The notes under the pieces are model-generated. The model made no database searches and was not told where the DNA came from. It worked only from the letters and a program-made list of their open reading frames with translations. Positions 37,209-47,684 of a DNA stretch of 60,290 bases are shown one piece after another; position 1 is the first letter of the stretch, and each line of letters opens with the position of its first letter. A program made the position numbers and the translations under genes. The stretch spans positions 1 through 60,290 of IMG/VR virus record IMGVR_UViG_3300044833_000038; one strand, given 5' to 3'. Origin of the DNA: a virus (Duplodnaviria; Caudoviricetes).

Positions 37209-38003
37209 CTAGACACCGATCCGGTCAAGCGCTGAATCAACAGCCGCAGTGTCGATATCGGCTTGGTTATCGAGTCCGGCTAGCTCGCGCCAGCGGGTGA
37301 TCGCGCGTCGCGTGAAAGCGACGCGCGCAGCGGCATCGGCATAGGCATCGGCATAGGCATAGGCATCGGCATAGGCATAGGCATCGGCATCGGCATAGGC
37401 ATCGGCATAGGCAGCGGCAGCGGCATAGGCATAGGCATAGGCATAGGCATCGGCATAGGCATAGGCATCGGCATAGGCATAGGCATCGGCATAGGCAGCG
37501 GCAGCGGCATCGGCATAGGCATCGGCATCGGCATAGGCATAGGCAGCGGCAGCGGCGCGCGCCTCCCGCCACTCCGTGATGGTCGGCGCGTCGCCGTTGG
37601 CCGCCCGCACACACAGGGCAGCTACACGGCGGATCGGCTCCCCGCCATCTGGTCGCGCATAGCGCACGACACCCCACTCGGGGTCAACCAGCAGCTCGGA
37701 CAGCCACTGCCAGATCGCCTCACGCGGTGTGTCTGCAGTGCCCATAGTCAGCCAACCGAGTTCCAGCACGATCACGCTGTTCTCCGGCGACAGGAACCCG
37801 TCCGACCCGGCAAGGTTGTCGTTGAGCGACTGCACCATCCGCGACAGCGGGCGTGCTGAGCATTCGGGGAAGTCGGTGATCTTCGTGTCGCCGTTGATGT
37901 AGCTGATCACATTCATTGCGCAGCCTTTGCCGCTGCCGGGCTGGTGTGATCCGCGTGCGAGGCGTAGCGGGTGGGTGATGCGGTCGAGATCGAACATGTT
38001 CAA
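37209..38003 (-). CDS. Hypothetical protein with Ala-Tyr-Ala-Asp repeat tract
   Basis: LARGSH..GCAMN..TDFPEC N-terminal domain plus repeat. Confidence 0.7.
   Translation of the reverse strand: MNMFDLDRITHPLRLARGSHQPGSGKGCAMNVISYINGDTKITDFPECSARPLSRMVQSLNDNLAGSDGFLSPENSVIVLELGWLTMGTADTPREAIWQWLSELLVDPEWGVVRYARPDGGEPIRRVAALCVRAANGDAPTITEWREARAAAAAYAYADADAYADAAAAAYADAYAYADAYAYADAYAYAYAYAAAAAYADAYADADAYAYADAYAYADAYADAAARVAFTRRAITRWRELAGLDNQADIDTAAVDSALDRIGV
37327..37556. repeat. Hexanucleotide microsatellite (GGCATA/GGCATC/GGCAGC)n
   Basis: About 38 tandem 6-mers. Confidence 0.95.
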
Positions 38004-38653
38004 TTCCCTTCGGGTTGTGTTGTTTCCAAAACTTCAATGAGCACAGACGCCTCGGCCTTGGTGAGATCCTTGTTCGTGGCGAGGTGCCGGGCGATGTTGG
38101 TGTGGACCCAGCGGAACCAGTCGGTGCGGCCTTCGTCGTCGTCGGCGTAGCCTTCGCGTTGCCGCAGGATGGACAGTTTCTGGAGTTGGGGTTTGGTGAT
38201 GGCCTCGTCATCCTTAGCCGTATGTTCGACTGCAGGGGGCGGCGGTTCATCTGGCAACGGGTCAACGGCGAATTGTGCGCGGCGGCCACGGGTTACGGTC
38301 AAGGCAATCTCTAGCCGCTTGTCGATATGGGACAGGTGACTAATTTTGATACCACCAACTTTGTCGGGGCCGAATCTGACGTCTGGGTCGCGATAGATCC
38401 TGATACGGCGGCCAACGTAGGCGGATGATTCCTTACCCCATGCATTGACGATGACGCGGCGCATCGTCTTCGACGGCTTATAGGGTCGCCCTGGCCCAAA
38501 CTCGGCAGTGACCATGTTGACGGGCTGCTCGGCACTGCCGCGCGTGACGCCAGCGATCGTGATCGTCACAGGGCCAGTCAAGATGTCTTCCGCGTTAATT
38601 TGGTCACTGCGGGGAATGATCGTGTCGGTCATATCGAACGCTTCGGTTGTCAT
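38000..38653 (-). CDS. Putative recombination partner of RecE
   Basis: Coupled to the exonuclease; IIPRSDQINAEDIL, YKPSKTMRR. Confidence 0.5.
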   Translation of the reverse strand: MTTEAFDMTDTIIPRSDQINAEDILTGPVTITIAGVTRGSAEQPVNMVTAEFGPGRPYKPSKTMRRVIVNAWGKESSAYVGRRIRIYRDPDVRFGPDKVGGIKISHLSHIDKRLEIALTVTRGRRAQFAVDPLPDEPPPPAVEHTAKDDEAITKPQLQKLSILRQREGYADDDEGRTDWFRWVHTNIARHLATNKDLTKAEASVLIEVLETTQPEGN

Positions 38654-39474
38654 GAAATCACCATGTCTTCGTCGTCAAATGCCCACAGAGGCAAGCTGAT
38701 TGAGTGGATGCCTGGCCCGTAGTCTGGCCAGGTGTTGGTTCGAATACATTCGGCGTAGATGTCGATTGCCATCCGATTGAGCCGGCGGCCCTGGGTCACA
38801 GCGTCAGCGTCGTACTCGACCACCGTCACGACATACGGCCGTGTTTTCTCCACCACCACGTCCACGAATCGTGGCGAGTCGCTGAGCCCGACCGCCTTGA
38901 CGAGGTCCTCGTACCAGGCGTGCTGGGCGTGGTACAGGTATTTGGCACCCTTACGTGCGAACGCTTGCGGTTCGGCGGTGTCACTGGTCTTAAAGTCGAC
39001 CACGAAGTACTGGCCGTCGAGTGCGGTGAGCCAGTCGGTGCGCCCCCGCAACCGCACACCTGTTGCCGGATCGGTTGCGTACAGGGACATCTCAGCGTCG
39101 CCGGTCTCGAACAGCGGCCCGGCTATCGGGTGTGCATCTACGGCCCGCACCATCTCCCGCGCGATCTCCAGTTCATGGGTGAGCATCGGGGCGACGCCAT
39201 TACATGCCAGGTCGCGCATCTCGCGGGCGGCTTTACTACGCCAATCGGGGGCATCAACCTCGACGATCTCTGCACCCCTGCCGAGGCGCAGGCGATGGGC
39301 TGCATGCCCGAATGTGTAGTCAGGCTTAGGCTTCGGCGGGTTGTCCATTCGTTCCCGGAACTTCGCCGGACATGATGGCGGCAGAAGTAGCTTTGCCCCG
39401 GAGAATGAGAGCGAGTCCCGCGCGGCATGATACTGCTCGTCGGGCAGATTGGCGATGATCTCAGGTTCGCTCAT
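38650..39474 (-). CDS. RecE-like exonuclease VIII (DUF3799, PD-(D/E)XK)
   Basis: YHA..LSFSGAK..FGHAAH..RGRTDW..VDFKT..YHAQ. Confidence 0.85.
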   Translation of the reverse strand: MSEPEIIANLPDEQYHAARDSLSFSGAKLLLPPSCPAKFRERMDNPPKPKPDYTFGHAAHRLRLGRGAEIVEVDAPDWRSKAAREMRDLACNGVAPMLTHELEIAREMVRAVDAHPIAGPLFETGDAEMSLYATDPATGVRLRGRTDWLTALDGQYFVVDFKTSDTAEPQAFARKGAKYLYHAQHAWYEDLVKAVGLSDSPRFVDVVVEKTRPYVVTVVEYDADAVTQGRRLNRMAIDIYAECIRTNTWPDYGPGIHSISLPLWAFDDEDMVIS

Positions 39475-39942
39475 AGCACCCCCCTCACAGTCCCCGTTGC
39501 GCGCAGGTCAGCCCACTGCGCGCTGATGCTCTCACGTAACCAGTGAATATCCTCGCCGCTATCGAAAGCTCTTGTGAACGCCGCGAACACAGCGGAGTAA
39601 GAGGCGGCCACGCCGCGCGAGTAGGCGTCGAGTTCCTCGTCAGTCATCAGCATCTTCTGGTCCTCCGCATATTCCCATCGCTGCCCGTACTTCGTATTGT
39701 GTTGCGGCCCGCTGCATCTCGGTCATTGTGGCGACGTCACGCCGCCACTCTTCACGCTCAGCTTCGTGTATCGCGTTGTCACACATGCTCATCCTCCTGC
39801 TCCCATACGCATCCCGGAAAGTCTTCGGGCCGGGCGTGGAACGCGTCGTTAGGATCTTCGCGCCAGGCTTGGTGCGGCCCTTCGTGGCCGCGCGTGAGGG
39901 TGCAGTAGTAGTCGCCGCGCTTGTCGAGGCAGATGGTGTCGC

Positions 39943-40806
39943 TCATGCGGCTCCGTTCCGCACTGAGTGCGCGTTGACTGCGCCGCCGCCGAAGGTTCGG
40001 TTAGAGACGAGGATCTTGCGGCCGGGTTTACGGTTGTACAGGCCGATGATGGCGATGGCGACCAGGACCGGCTGGCTGCCGGTGGTCACACCGCTTTCAC
40101 GCAGCGCGAGGGCCTGCGTCTTGAGCTGGCGCGGCATGATGTCGAGCAGCGCGTTGTAGAGCCGCTCGCGGTCGATGTCGGCGGTGTCGATGTGGTGCAG
40201 GACCAGGCCGACGCCGTGCACGATGGGCGCATCGAAGGCGTCGAGTCGTCGCCCCCACACGTCGAGGATGAGCCGCAGTGTCTGCTCGATCAGCTGTGTG
40301 CCGTCCAGGCGTGCGAGCTTCTCCAGGGTTGCGGTGCAGCGCACGTTGCCGTCTTTCGGCACGCTGCTGATCTGAAGGTCGACCTTTCGCACGACGTGTT
40401 CGATGCTGAGCACGTCGACGTCACCTGCGCCCTTGCGGGCGTGCCAGTGGTCCCAGGTGGTGATGCGGCGGCGTTCACTATTGAGCCGGTCGAATAGCTG
40501 TGCCTCGTCGACGACGGTGAGCCCGCTGTGGACGTTGGCGACCAGCATGGGCGGTATGTCGAGTAATGCTGCTGCGGCCCAACGGTGTTGGCCGTCGATC
40601 ACCGCGTAGCGCGGGTTGGCGCGTTCGCCACGGTCGGACACTTCCAGGATTCCGGCGAGTCGGCGGTCCCAGGTGGCGGCGATCTTGCGGGCTCGCGCCG
40701 CGTCCAGTGGCCGCTGATAGGTGTCGTCGGCGAACACTTCACTGACGGTCACCGCTGTGACGTACACGCCGATATTGGTGTCGAGCTCGACCACGCTGCG
40801 GCTCAC
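39943..40806 (-). CDS. ParB-like N-terminal domain protein (DUF6551-like)
   Basis: DTYQRPL..VIDGQHR..EAQLF..LN. Confidence 0.75.
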   Translation of the reverse strand: MSRSVVELDTNIGVYVTAVTVSEVFADDTYQRPLDAARARKIAATWDRRLAGILEVSDRGERANPRYAVIDGQHRWAAAALLDIPPMLVANVHSGLTVVDEAQLFDRLNSERRRITTWDHWHARKGAGDVDVLSIEHVVRKVDLQISSVPKDGNVRCTATLEKLARLDGTQLIEQTLRLILDVWGRRLDAFDAPIVHGVGLVLHHIDTADIDRERLYNALLDIMPRQLKTQALALRESGVTTGSQPVLVAIAIIGLYNRKPGRKILVSNRTFGGGAVNAHSVRNGAA

Positions 40807-40942
40807 GATTCCCTCACCGCCCGCACCCCGAACCACGCCACCACCCCGCCTGCGCACACCGCGATCCCGACCGGACCCCAGTGGTAGGTGAGGAGCAGCC
40901 CGGCTAGTGAGCCGAGGGCGGTCGCGGTGAGAAGGACGCGGA

Positions 40943-41290
40943 TCACGGGGTGGCCTCGGTCCACGGCGAAATCAACCTGGACACAACCACCGGATCATCT
41001 AGCTCTCGGCGCTGCGGATTACGTGATGCGCCTGGGTAATTTCCCAGGATCGTCTGCTTGTGGTTTTCTGCCCCAGCAATCGTCTTGTGGCTGTGATACG
41101 GCGGGTTCTCTGGTCCGTTGTTCTGTACGGCCCACTCCGGCGTGAGCCCGAGGGCGTCTGCTTGGTGCACGGCGTGCGCCCAAGCGCCCTGGAACGGGTG
41201 ATACCTGCTGCACCGGCAATAGACGATGCCGTTGTCGCATACCTCCGTGATGCAATGCGCGAACAGCGCCTTGGCAACTTCGTCGCTCAC
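40943..41290 (-). CDS. Hypothetical protein
   Basis: H..CRC..HAVHQAD; GTGA coupling with WhiB. Confidence 0.5.
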   Translation of the reverse strand: MSDEVAKALFAHCITEVCDNGIVYCRCSRYHPFQGAWAHAVHQADALGLTPEWAVQNNGPENPPYHSHKTIAGAENHKQTILGNYPGASRNPQRRELDDPVVVSRLISPWTEATP

Positions 41291-41634
41291 GCACCCACCC
41301 GCTTCCGTTCGGCCCATGCGTGCGCGTATCGGCAACGCTCACAGGGTGTTTCCTTGCGTTTCATGTGCTGGTGATAGCCGGTGTCTGTTCCGTGTCTGAC
41401 CGACGCATGCCGACGTGGCTTGCGTGGCCGGTGCATGCCGCCCGCCCACACACCCGAGGACGCGCCGGTGCGCTTCTTATGCTCACCGCACGCCTGTATC
41501 ACCGGGCACGCTTTGCAGATCAGTGCGGCTTCGGCGGCTTGGCGGCGAGACAGAACGCCGACGCCGGTCGGGAAGAATTTTTCCGGGTCTTCACCGATGC
41601 ATTTCGCATCGCTCATCCAATCCAAATTGCTCAT
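41287..41634 (-). CDS. whiB: WhiB family transcription factor
   Basis: W..AKC..DPEKFFP..CKACPV..C..GVWAG. Confidence 0.9.
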   Translation of the reverse strand: MSNLDWMSDAKCIGEDPEKFFPTGVGVLSRRQAAEAALICKACPVIQACGEHKKRTGASSGVWAGGMHRPRKPRRHASVRHGTDTGYHQHMKRKETPCERCRYAHAWAERKRVGA

Positions 41635-42164
41635 GCCGCACGCTCCATCCGCGCCGCTCTCCGCGCAGCTTTACGCTCACGATCACGGTGCGTGGTGCAC
41701 GCCTTACACTGACGGCTGCCCGGACGCTTAATGCTCAGGTATGTGTTTTCAGGCGTGAACTCATGGCCATGGATGCAGTGCGTCCGTCGCGCGTTTTGGT
41801 CGCGGCCATTTCGCACGCGATCGTGCCTATTTTCTGATCGTGTGCCATACCGCAGATTGCTCAGGTGGTTATTGCTCGTATCGTCGTCCCAGTGGAGACC
41901 TTCCCTACCTAATGGGCACGGTCCGATGAACGCTGCCAGAATAAGCCGGTGTACCTGGTATAGGCGCTGCCTGCCCTCCTTGTTTAAGCCAACCTGATAA
42001 CGCCCCAGGCCATTCGATGAAGGCAGGAGGACCTGGCCGTACTGCGGCCGCGTGCCACCGTATGCACCGCACTTGACGATACGATCAACACCGCGCACCC
42101 GGCCATGATCTGAAACCTCATAGAAGCCTTCGTATCCCACGACGGGGCGCCACTTCTCGCTCAT
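41631..42164 (-). CDS. NUMOD4-HNH homing endonuclease
   Basis: EKWRPVVGYEGFYEVSDHGRVR; VHRL..H.D..NNHLSNLRYGT..N; THCIHGHEF. Confidence 0.9.
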   Translation of the reverse strand: MSEKWRPVVGYEGFYEVSDHGRVRGVDRIVKCGAYGGTRPQYGQVLLPSSNGLGRYQVGLNKEGRQRLYQVHRLILAAFIGPCPLGREGLHWDDDTSNNHLSNLRYGTRSENRHDRVRNGRDQNARRTHCIHGHEFTPENTYLSIKRPGSRQCKACTTHRDRERKAARRAARMERAA

Positions 42165-42470
42165 CTCCGATTCTCCATTTTCTCGGCTTCCTCACGAAGG
42201 AACTTTGGGCTGACGGTGCAGTTCAGGCCGAGCCCGTCGCGAGCGTTCAGTTCCTCGATCGTCGATGCCGCCTGGCGCATCCGGTCGGACAGTGGCGCGG
42301 TCATCAGATGCTCACCGGGTAGCGGCAGTTGTGCAGCACAGCGTCCGAATGCCTGTGCGCGTCGATGACGGCGTGCCACTTGACGATTCGGCGTCGGGAG
42401 TGCCAGCCGCAGCTGCAGTCCGCGAACCAACGGCGGACACCCGGCCAGCGGTAGACACCTACCTTCACGC

Positions 42471-42749
42471 TCATGACACCTCACCGTCCAGGATCGCATC
42501 ATGTACCGCATCGGCCAGAAACGGCAGCCCAGCAACACTTTCCGTGAGCGCGCGCGCCAGATCGCACGCGGTTGCCCGGTCAAGATCCAGGCGAATCCCG
42601 AATGCGAACTTAGCTTCAATATGCGGAAAGTGTCCCGCCCCGAGATCGACTGAGCGGCAGTTGATCAGCGAGCCGAAACCGGCCCCGAATGTGTGATCGG
42701 ACAGCACGCCAGCGTTGAGGTGGATGTGATTAGGGCGTTCGGTGCTCAT
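42471..42749 (-). CDS. Hypothetical protein
   Basis: Coupled ORF in the early operon. Confidence 0.45.
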   Translation of the reverse strand: MSTERPNHIHLNAGVLSDHTFGAGFGSLINCRSVDLGAGHFPHIEAKFAFGIRLDLDRATACDLARALTESVAGLPFLADAVHDAILDGEVS

Positions 42750-42966
42750 ATCCGCGTCTCCCATAGCCGGTTGACCGACGCGAACAACTCGTCAATCCCG
42801 ACCGTCTGTATCGGAATGCCCGCGAGCCGTCGCCACCGGTCGATCGGCGCGTAAGTCATCTTGAACGACGGGAACTCAGGCAGAACGGTTGATGTGTAGC
42901 TGGGCTCCAGGTCGACAACTCGGATGCTGGCGTAGCGTGCGCGGTGCCGTCCGCGGTAGCGCCACT

Positions 42967-43167
42967 TCACTTCTTGGCCTCTGCTGGAAGCAGGCCACCG
43001 GGAGCGTTGTACCGCTGCTGAAGCTCATCCCAGATGCCAGGGAACACGTCGCGCAACCTTGCTAGATTGTGGTTGTCGGCCTTGCGCATCGCCGCCATGA
43101 TCAGCGCGTAGAACGGCGGGTCATCGCTGAGGATTTCCTTGGAGCACTCGTAGTCGTAGTGGCTCAT
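42967..43167 (-). CDS. Conserved phage hypothetical protein
   Basis: FYALIMAAMRKAD..RYNAPGG. Confidence 0.65.
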   Translation of the reverse strand: MSHYDYECSKEILSDDPPFYALIMAAMRKADNHNLARLRDVFPGIWDELQQRYNAPGGLLPAEAKK

Positions 43168-43411
43168 CGGTCGCCCTCCAAATCCCGGGCGTAGCTCTCA
43201 GCCGACCACTGGGCCGTGTCCTGATCACTAACGGCGGCGCTGGGCACCGTGACCTCGCGGAGCATTGCGTACCGGCAACTGTGGGCGCGGATGCGGTCGA
43301 TGCCGAGGAGACACATCACCGTGGCACCGCCTGTAAAGTCGGGTTCGGCATGGGAAGTGTCCTTTCCTGTTGCTATGGTTCGCCGCTCGTTCACGCGGGC
43401 GGCGAACCGTC

Positions 43412-44857
43412 TTACTTGGTGGTGAGGTTCAATTCGAGGTCGATGGCGTCCAGCAGCTTTTCAACGACACTGATGGCGTGGGTGTACAAGGTGGGGTCGG
43501 TGTACTTCAGCTGAAGGGCTTTGAGCCGCTCCGCTTCCCGCTGTAGAACGCCGACGGTGTACCGGAGTCCGCAGCGGTAGTCGGCGCCTAAGCGCGTGAG
43601 CGCGTCTGGTGGTTGCGCTAAGTCTTCGGCGATAATGGGCGACACGTGGGCGTGCCAGGCAACCCAGTCGTCGAGATGAAAGTCATGCGTGCCATGAGGG
43701 TCCACACACTCGACGTAGTGATACTTGCCTCGCTCATGCGGTACATGTGAGGCCAGCACCTTGCTGATCACTGGCACCGCGCCGCCGATCCACTCGGCCA
43801 CGGCGTCGTCGGGGTGTTTGTCACCGCAGTCGATGACTGGCGTGTTGTCCTGCGTGTGAACTGCCACGCCGTCGAGCAACTTGGTCGCGCGATTACATGA
43901 TGCGCAGGGAAGTTGACGCCCCTCGGAGGGCGACGGGGGAATGCCGCTCACCTCCGAGGGGCCAGACCCCGCCGTACGGGGCTCGGCAGGGGCCGTTGGT
44001 TCCGCGTAGCCGGCAGACCACGCGGAAGACTTGGGAGCCGGGTGTTGCTTCATCGCCGCCGTTATCTCAGCTGCCTTCTGGCACGTCGATGAGCAGAACA
44101 TGCCTGGAGCGCGGTCGCTGACGGCGGCGACTTCTCCGAGCTTTGAATCGCAGCGGGCGCAACGGGGTTGAGAAGATTGTGGTTGCGGGTCAGCAGGGTC
44201 AACGCGACAAGGCTCAGAGTGATCTGAAGCGTCCTGCTGCTTATCCTCACTGACAGATGAGTTGCTGAAAGACGAAACCCCAGCCGAGGGCTGAATGAAT
44301 CTCTCATCTGCGAGGCTCGCTGCCGCACCAGCGAAGTTCGGGGCTTTCGGGTAGCCCTGTTTTGTTGGGTCAACAAGGCCCGCGCGCATACGCGCCTTCC
44401 AAGACGGCCGGTCGTACCGCTCTTGCAGTAGCCCGCGCACACCCACCAGCTCCGAGTCGTCGAGGCCGGGTTCGGTGGGGTTCGGGGTGTCGTCGGCGAG
44501 CATCCGATTAAGCCGATCAATCGTCTCGTTAGCCTGCCGCATGTCGCGCTCATGGCCGTCGCGGTACCACTGGGGCACCTCGTCGTTGGGGAAACGCGCA
44601 CGAATCTCGCCGATCAGTTCGTCAAACCGAGCTGTGGAGATCGTGGGCTCGTCGTATGCGGCGTCCTCAGCGCAGTCCCAGTCCTCAGCCCAACCGGGAG
44701 GTGAGCCGACCGCGTCCCCGTCTTCCCCGTCAGCGCCGCGGCGAGCAGGCCGGGTCAGGTTGTTGAGGGTGCGCGCGCCGTCGATCACCGCCTGGACACC
44801 ACCAGCGGCAAGGGAATACGCGCGGACAGCGCACTGCTCAAGTGAGTAAGTTCTCAT
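43412..44857 (-). CDS. Large mosaic hypothetical protein
   Basis: 481-aa ORF, low-complexity centre with CxxC motifs. Confidence 0.55.
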   Translation of the reverse strand: MRTYSLEQCAVRAYSLAAGGVQAVIDGARTLNNLTRPARRGADGEDGDAVGSPPGWAEDWDCAEDAAYDEPTISTARFDELIGEIRARFPNDEVPQWYRDGHERDMRQANETIDRLNRMLADDTPNPTEPGLDDSELVGVRGLLQERYDRPSWKARMRAGLVDPTKQGYPKAPNFAGAAASLADERFIQPSAGVSSFSNSSVSEDKQQDASDHSEPCRVDPADPQPQSSQPRCARCDSKLGEVAAVSDRAPGMFCSSTCQKAAEITAAMKQHPAPKSSAWSAGYAEPTAPAEPRTAGSGPSEVSGIPPSPSEGRQLPCASCNRATKLLDGVAVHTQDNTPVIDCGDKHPDDAVAEWIGGAVPVISKVLASHVPHERGKYHYVECVDPHGTHDFHLDDWVAWHAHVSPIIAEDLAQPPDALTRLGADYRCGLRYTVGVLQREAERLKALQLKYTDPTLYTHAISVVEKLLDAIDLELNLTTK

Positions 44858-45211
44858 GACTGGACGACGGTTTCGATATGGAGCGTTCCCAACTCATCGC
44901 CAATCTCGTTGGAGTGCAGGATCAGGCGCCCGAGGTCGTCGCCGAGCAAGATGTCGTTGAGTAGCCAGTCCTGCGCGTCCTCGTCGTCAGGCGGGTAGAG
45001 CGTGGCGTCCAGCGTGAGAACCGCCGTTATCCGCAGCTTCTGCGCGCTCATAGAGCCCACCCATTTTCGGCTTCGTCGCACACCGCACGGTCCCGATCCC
45101 CATCAGCGAGCATCCCGCCGATGCGATGGTTACAGGCTTCGTAGCGGCGGCCTAGCAGTACGCCCACGACGAGAGTCGCGGCCAGGACGGCGAGGAACAG
45201 GGTCACGTTGG

Positions 45212-45505
45212 TCACTTCGAAACCGCCCTGGTGTCGAGGTAGATGTGAAACTCGTCGTCGCTGAATAGTTCCCACTGCGCGTTGGTCAGTTCAAGCGCAG
45301 TGCAGGCATCTAGTCGGCTACTGAAAGGTCCTATGTGTCTTCCGCTGCCGCGCCAGATGAGCCAGTACGGAGGCGGGAAGTCTTGACGAATCAGCACGCC
45401 CTGGACGTGGTAGCCGATGCACTCCAGTAACTCGCGGATCTCATCGGCGGTGACAGGAGCGAACGGGTCAGGATCAGGGTCATGGACGATCACCGAGATG
45501 CTCAT
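45212..45505 (-). CDS. Hypothetical protein
   Basis: Coupled ORF in the early operon. Confidence 0.45.
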   Translation of the reverse strand: MSISVIVHDPDPDPFAPVTADEIRELLECIGYHVQGVLIRQDFPPPYWLIWRGSGRHIGPFSSRLDACTALELTNAQWELFSDDEFHIYLDTRAVSK

Positions 45506-45729
45506 AACGGCGGCTCGCATTCCCACTGCTCCGGCGTGATCTGCTCAGGCATGGAGCCCATGATCGTGAGCCATTTCTCAACGGTCCAGCAGCGCATCGC
45601 AATCTGCTCCTCTGGCGGCAGGTTATGGATGCAGTTGCGGTGGTGAAGATGCTTGCCGCCGTTGTCGTCGCGGTGCCGCATGATCTTGGCAAAGCTGCGG
45701 CCCAGATCCTCTGGCGTCGGCGGGTTCAC
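45502..45729 (-). CDS. Hypothetical protein
   Basis: Coupled ORF in the early operon. Confidence 0.45.
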   Translation of the reverse strand: MNPPTPEDLGRSFAKIMRHRDDNGGKHLHHRNCIHNLPPEEQIAMRCWTVEKWLTIMGSMPEQITPEQWECEPPL

Positions 45730-46077
45730 AGCGCCTCCACCGTGGCTACGATTTCGTCAGGCCGCGTCAGTTCGAGGCGCATAAGGTCGCAGGCAGCCTC
45801 GAACTGTGCCCGCGATTCCGGTGTCCAAGACGGATGCATAGTCTGACCGCACGCGCAATGCCACCAGCACCAGTCCTCGTCGACACTTCGCCGCCAGTCG
45901 TGCTGGTGGATCACAGCAAACCACCCCAGTCACAAGGATCATTGGTCCCCCATAGCGGAGCCGTCGAAAGACCGGTCGAGTAATTCAGTGGCTCAACCAC
46001 ATCTGGATCAAGATCCATCACTTCGCAGATGCAACCCTGGCCTGTCCAGTTGCGGCACAACTCGGCTTCACACCGCA

Positions 46078-46290
46078 TCAGCGCATCTCCTCTGGCGTCA
46101 GCGGGTAGGCATACCGGCCCTTGATGCACGGTGTCGCCCAGGCGTACGGGTGGAACTCAGTTCGGTTCGGCACGGTCGTCGCGTACCAGTTGTTGATCGC
46201 GTTGGCCTGCTTCACCGCATCGGCGTAGTCCTTCGCGGGCAGCACATCATCTGGGCCACTGACATGGACCGTCCACTCCTGGTCGCTCAC
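46078..46290 (-). CDS. Hypothetical protein
   Basis: WTVHVSGPDDV motif; coupled. Confidence 0.55.
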   Translation of the reverse strand: MSDQEWTVHVSGPDDVLPAKDYADAVKQANAINNWYATTVPNRTEFHPYAWATPCIKGRYAYPLTPEEMR

Positions 46291-46580
46291 TTCAGTCCCC
46301 CACTCGCCACGCCATGCCAGTCCTCGACCGCCCGCGCCTGCTCAAGTTGCCGCTGAAGCCGAACCACTTCCGTACGGGCATCATTGAGCGAGGCGTGCAG
46401 CTCCTGCTGCCGGATCAACGCCTCATCACGGGCGTCGGTGAGGGCCTCGTAGGCTTGCGCTAAACCGTCGGCCTGCTCGTGGAGCTGCGCGTTGTCGCGG
46501 CGAAGGCGGTCACACTCGACGATCCGCGCATCAGCATCAGCGTTGGCAGCCCAAAACTTTGAGCGTTCCAGGCGCATCAT
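46287..46580 (-). CDS. Coiled-coil hypothetical protein
   Basis: Heptad pattern; ATGA coupling. Confidence 0.5.
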   Translation of the reverse strand: MMRLERSKFWAANADADARIVECDRLRRDNAQLHEQADGLAQAYEALTDARDEALIRQQELHASLNDARTEVVRLQRQLEQARAVEDWHGVASGGLK

Positions 46581-47038
46581 GCGGACACCTCCGCGAGATC
46601 GGCCCACTCTGCTTTGATCTCGGAGTACCCGTCTTTGGCGAAGTGGATGACGTCTCCAGGTTCGTCGACCGGCTCGCCGTCGACCGCGAGGATCGCGTAC
46701 ACGGGGCCGTAGCATCCCCATGGGCTGTGCTGTTGGGGTTCGTGCAGTCGAGTGGTCAGGCGAGCCATGAAAGGCGCCACGACTGCTTCGGCCGTGTGGC
46801 CCCCGTGTGTGACGGTGCTGCCCGTCATAGCCCAGTAGCCGCCGGGTGTCCAGATCTTGCTGGGATACCCGTAGTAGAACTCGAGGTACAGGCCGGAGGT
46901 GGTGCGGTTGTAGTACGGGTTGATGCCGCCGACACGGTGCGCGTTCGCATCGATCGCGGTGTTCGGCATCGTTTCGTCGAAGATCGCGGCGATCTGCTTG
47001 CACTGTGCGATCAGACGCTGGGTGGCTGCCGCGCTCAT
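46577..47038 (-). CDS. Hypothetical protein
   Basis: Coupled ORF with high GC3. Confidence 0.55.
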   Translation of the reverse strand: MSAAATQRLIAQCKQIAAIFDETMPNTAIDANAHRVGGINPYYNRTTSGLYLEFYYGYPSKIWTPGGYWAMTGSTVTHGGHTAEAVVAPFMARLTTRLHEPQQHSPWGCYGPVYAILAVDGEPVDEPGDVIHFAKDGYSEIKAEWADLAEVSA

Positions 47039-47301
47039 GACATTGCTTTCACGTAGTAGAAGGCGATCAAATCAACCCACCGGATAGCATCCTCGCGGCT
47101 GCACGCATGCACCTTGTGCGGCTGCAACAAACCAGTCGAACCGATGATGTTCTTGCACACGTAGATTCGCCAATCATTCAAACCCTGCGGCCGATACGCC
47201 CCCGCAATCTCATTGCCATCGGAGTCGACTGCGCTGACCCGGTGGGAATGCTCATCGTCGTTGCAGACGATCCGGTAAGAAGCCGCGGCAGGAGCAGTCA
47301 T
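47035..47301 (-). CDS. Hypothetical protein
   Basis: Coupled ORF. Confidence 0.55.
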   Translation of the reverse strand: MTAPAAASYRIVCNDDEHSHRVSAVDSDGNEIAGAYRPQGLNDWRIYVCKNIIGSTGLLQPHKVHACSREDAIRWVDLIAFYYVKAMS

Positions 47302-47684
47302 GACGCCCCCTCTTCCCCAGCCTCTTTGTAGTAATCCTCGAAGCGTCGCAGTTCCTCGCCGTTGACCAGGTCTTTGACCATGCGCGCGAGCGCTGGGCGC
47401 GTGTTGTCGCGATGGAATAACATCGCCGCGTCGTCCTCACCGATTCCGAGAAGGTCAACCGCGACATCAGGAGTGCTCTTCTCGGTCAGTGTGTCTGGTG
47501 ACATCACCCTGTGTTCGTCGCCGTCGTGCCACACAGTCGACGACCATCCGGATAGAAGGCATGCCCATCCTGCGAAGCACGCGGCCGTCCCACACTCGTC
47601 GACCCAGACCGTCTGGTTATGTTGCTCGGGGTGATCGGTTATGTGCTGCATCACCCGTTCGAGAAGCTCGGTGTTGACAGTCAT
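47298..47684 (-). CDS. Conserved actinophage protein (CGTxxCxAGW)
   Basis: HPEQHNQ..W..CGTAACFAGWA. Confidence 0.65.
   Translation of the reverse strand: MTVNTELLERVMQHITDHPEQHNQTVWVDECGTAACFAGWACLLSGWSSTVWHDGDEHRVMSPDTLTEKSTPDVAVDLLGIGEDDAAMLFHRDNTRPALARMVKDLVNGEELRRFEDYYKEAGEEGAS

Noticed and set aside
37327-37556. CRISPR array
   Set aside because: The units are 6 nt with no unique spacers, and no cas genes are present.
37267-37677. Poly-PM and poly-CR/CL ORFs
   Set aside because: They are alternative frames of the hexamer repeat; the Ala-rich frame is continuous with a real gene.
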